A stretch of 64,000 nucleotides of DNA, taken from assembly GCF_009914755.1 (NCBI RefSeq), contig NC_060928.1; one strand, 5' to 3'. The position numbers and the translations under genes are program-made. This DNA is from the human T2T-CHM13v2.0 reference genome, Homo sapiens. Of this stretch, positions 60,183 to 64,000 are shown in pieces. The notes beneath the pieces were generated by a model, which was not told the DNA's origin, ran no database searches, and saw only the letters and a list, made by a program, of their open reading frames with translations. The first letter of the stretch is position 1, and each line of letters opens with the position of its first letter.

Positions 60183-60239
60183 ACTAGGAGTTTGGAAGTC
60201 TTCCTCACTAGGAGTTTGGAAGTCTTCCTCACTAGGAGT
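60183..60239 (+). repeat. Perfect 24-bp tandem duplication ACTAGGAGTTTGGAAGTCTTCCTC x2.4
   Basis: Read directly. Confidence 0.95.
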
Positions 60240-60639
60240 AAGGAAACTACCAAAGTTGGGCTGAGGAGAAATTCAAGAGAAGAAGTTCTGTGTTGCCTAA
60301 GTATTCAAGTTTCCCACAGGAAGTGGAGGTTGTGATGGCTTACAGGTGGGAAGGGAAGGACATTTGTGACATGGAGATGGGAAGTCATCTGAATTCATGG
60401 GACAGAGTGAAGTCTGCAAAAGAGAGCAAGCAGAGGGCAGTGGATGGGGTGGAACTGTTATTACCTACCCTTAAGAGGAGGAGGAAGAAAAGAGCAAGGA
60501 AAAGAGATAGAGAGGGAATAGTCCCACCTGGTGTGGTGGCATGGAAGCCAGGAGAGAAGCAGGAGGCTCTGCAGGTGCCACGTGAGCTTCCTGCGCTCTG
60601 CCTTCTTGCCCTTGGGTTCTTCCACCTGCACAACGATTC

Positions 60640-61090
60640 CTTCTCTGTCCCACAGAAAGCCTCAGCCCCACCCTCCCTACTTCATCTCTGAGCACTCCTC
60701 CATGTGACTTTGTGCTCCTGCAATACTGAAATATTCCAGTTGCTTCAACAGAGCATGCTGCTCCTTGTCTTATCTTTTGTTATGTGCTCTTTCCTTCCCA
60801 AATATCCTGATAAAACCCTATTCAAACTTCAAAACCCTATTCGGATGTCCCCTCTGTGAGCAGCCTTCCTGTATCTTCCTCGAGTGGCACTCTCTCCCTC
60901 ATCTTTTCTATATCTAGAGTGTTTGTACCTTATAAATATTGTGATGCCTTACACAGCAATTATTTTGTGTAGATTCATTTCCCCTCTGCACTGAGCTCTC
61001 AGGGGAGTGCTTAGTTCTTGTTCATCTTTCGGATATCCTCAAGAGAGCACAGGGCATGGCGCGTTGAGCAAGCTTAATGCTATGTTTGCC
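60640..61090 (+). mobile_element. L2 3' remnant
   Basis: ctgagctctcaggg...ttgttcatctt...agcacagggcatggc pattern. Confidence 0.5.
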
Positions 61091-62065
61091 CCATACATCA
61101 CCTGAGGTGTGGCACACGGTGGTGTGTAATGTTATCCTCCCTTCCTGGGCCCTCAATCTGCTGCGAACACTCATACATGCTACAGATTACAACAAAATAT
61201 GAAAGGATGGAACACTGGAAATGGCACTGATATAAACAATATCAATTGGTCATTCCCTCTCGACTGCATGCTATCATGATTTGGAACTAGTATTGTAGAA
61301 CAAGAAGCTTAAAAGAGCCTCTAAAAGCACTGCCAACTATGCCATGCTGACACCATTCACTTTCTAGAGTGATAGGCTTTTCAATGGGATAAATCAAAAA
61401 TCTTTCGTCTCCAACTTATGAACCTCAAAGATACAAAGGTCTTGGATGGGCAAACACCCTCCACATATGAAATTTGATTCCTGCAGGTCTTAGGATTGAT
61501 CATTACTTAAAACTTTGTGAACAAGAATGCAGACCAAAAGGACCAATGAAGTGAAACAAATGATCAGGACACAGAAATGAGATCCCATGGTAACATCTTT
61601 ATCTTGGGACTGGCACCCGCTGGCATCTGATAAAGGCAAGATGCCTGCTCCCTTTGCCTTCTCTTTTTGCCCTTCCAAAACCACAATGGAATGAAGAATT
61701 GGGCTGGGTTTTCTTGGTTGCTCAGAGAATGGCTAAGCCCCAGATCTACTGGAGTAGAGGCCAAGGATGGAGCAGAAAAGGAAATGTTTATTCCACAGAA
61801 GTCTGAAATTACATGTTTGGCTTCTCCTTCTTAGAGAGAAGCAATGTGGAAGTGAAGCAGCCTCGGGCCCTGAAGCCATCCCCTCACCCTATGACTGGAG
61901 CTAGGTACCCAGTGCAATGGAGATACCTTGTATCTCCATCCTTGTTATGAGAATTAAGAACCCAATGCTTAGATGCTGAATGTTATTCTCTCTTTTGGCT
62001 TTTTTACCCTACACTGTGTCTCCCCCTGTATCACAAAACAGAATCACAAGTCGATTGAGACAAGC

Positions 62066-62368
<303 letters not shown>

Positions 62369-62746
62369 AAGACAAGTTTTATGTTCTATAAAGGATCGGC
62401 TTATTATATGCTTCTTCTCCATGGGAAGTAATATATTAAAATTCATTTTTATCTACAGTGTGGCCCTTGGTGGGGAAAAGCTCCCCATTCCTGCTCTGAG
62501 GAGTGAACTCCAATACTGGGGCTTGCCCATGGGTGCTGCCACACCCCAGAGAGAGGCGATGCAAGCCTGCTCCCAGGCCTGCTCTCCCTCCTCGACAAAC
62601 TGGCCATCTGTTCCTGGGGAAAAAGAGGGGACTCTTTCTTCATAAAAGAAAACAGTAGTGGGCACATTTTCCTTTAGTTATCCTCAATATATAAGAAACT
62701 TCAAGAATGGTAGCTTTCAACAGAAAACCATACAATGACCTCCAGT

Positions 62747-62747
62747 A

Positions 62748-62792
<45 letters not shown>
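62747..62792. repeat. (CA)n microsatellite
   Basis: Read directly. Confidence 0.95.
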
Positions 62793-62794
<2 letters not shown>

Positions 62795-63035
62795 CATTTC
62801 ACTCAGAATAGTGCAGGGAAAACTGAGCAAACCACGAGACCAAGCCAATGTCTATGATGAAGATGATAAAAAATCTGTGGCAAATTAATTCTTTAATTAA
62901 TTCATTAATTAATTGAATTAAATACTCTTTTCTGGTGGTTACACCAATCTTTACAGCAGCCTAAACATTAGAAGAATTTTGTTTAAAATGATAGAACTAG
63001 GATTTTCTGTATGCCTCCTCCTTCTTTCTCGCTCA

Positions 63036-63074
63036 TGCGCGCGCACGCGCACGCACACACACACACACACACAC
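63036..63074. repeat. (CG)n(CA)n alternating purine-pyrimidine repeat
   Basis: tgcgcgcgcacgcgcacgcacacaca... Confidence 0.9.
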
Positions 63075-64000
63075 TCTTATTCTTAAAACAATTTCAAAGG
63101 TATTTTATCAGAATTGATTTCTTGAATTTTATCATCAAAATCATAAAGTAACCAACATTTTCCCTCTATATCAGTATAATACCTGGAAATTTAGGAAGGA
63201 AAATTAACAAATGTCTTTAGAATTAGCTATGCAAATTAGAATTCATAATTAAGTAGACAGAGGTGAGCAGGGGATCAACTTAGAGTCAATTTTAGAAAAA
63301 CACCTGAGAAGCACCAGGTATTCTATTTTGCTAACTTTTTGAATTTGCAAAGAACAAACATGTCTTAAAAATGCTGAGCTCAAACTCTACAGGTAAAAAA
63401 GAGTTAGTGAGACTTGGAATTTCTTTCTGGGGTACATGAAACATATCATTTTCTACAAGATCAAAGCGCTTGTTGCTTTACTCTTACGTAGATTTTTAAA
63501 TTAGTCTTGTGTCCTCTACACCAGTTATCAATGCAACAGGTCCTCGACTGAGCTAACTCAGTTGGATATCTGCAAATGTTGTCAGACTGGCCACAACAGT
63601 ATGCCCACACCTGCAGTATGAGTTTTCAACTTGATTCTGGTGACCAGATATCAGAATATGTCCCTCAAACATAACAAATTCTGCACTCAATTTCACTTTT
63701 GTCCAAATCAAAATCAAAATTAAAATCCTTCAGTCGCTGGGAGCTCAGAGAGATTAGCTTTGGCAGCCCAGCAGATGATGTCGGGTGGCTCAGTCATTAT
63801 CTGTTGAACTTTGAGTGTCCTGGTGTTAAATGTAAAACCTCTCCCAATCATCTTGTTTTCTTTTCATTTAATAATTTCACTAGAAATTAGCTAAAGAGGT
63901 GCATTTGAACTATATATATGCCATTTGGTAACATTCCAAATGATCTCATTTAAAAAAAATTAACCTATTTTTCATCTAATGTCCAGAATATACTTTTCCT

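Overview
Human or great-ape genomic DNA that is almost all intron of the minus-strand zinc-finger gene ZNF827. The gene was recognised from the translated peptide, from memory. Three internal coding exons have clean GT-AG boundaries and splice in frame: 55636-55397 (240 nt, phase 1-1), 52090-52033 (58 nt, phase 1-2) and 29603-29500 (104 nt, phase 2-1). A 5.9-kb two-LTR HERV-H provirus (38697-44592; LTR7, tRNA-His PBS, AGTCA target-site duplication) lies antisense in the 22-kb intron. The rest holds about 25 Alu elements or monomers, solo LTRs (LTR8B-like, MST, MLT1, LTR16-like), DNA-transposon fossils, MIR/L2/L1 remnants and microsatellites. The most interesting observations are: (1) inverted Alus bracket the 240+58-nt exon pair, a circRNA architecture, with a recently triplicated competing Alu array inside; (2) a second, U-rich acceptor 14 nt inside the 104-nt exon would restore frame exactly when the 58-nt exon, or both putative circle exons, are skipped; (3) a 52-bp deletion is specific to the HERV-H 5' LTR; (4) an old ~200-bp local duplication is split by an Alu; (5) a templated hairpin/tandem-duplication scar lies at about 60.2 kb. 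No prokaryotic-type system is present. Repeat subfamily names come from recalled consensus sequences and were not checked with RepeatMasker.
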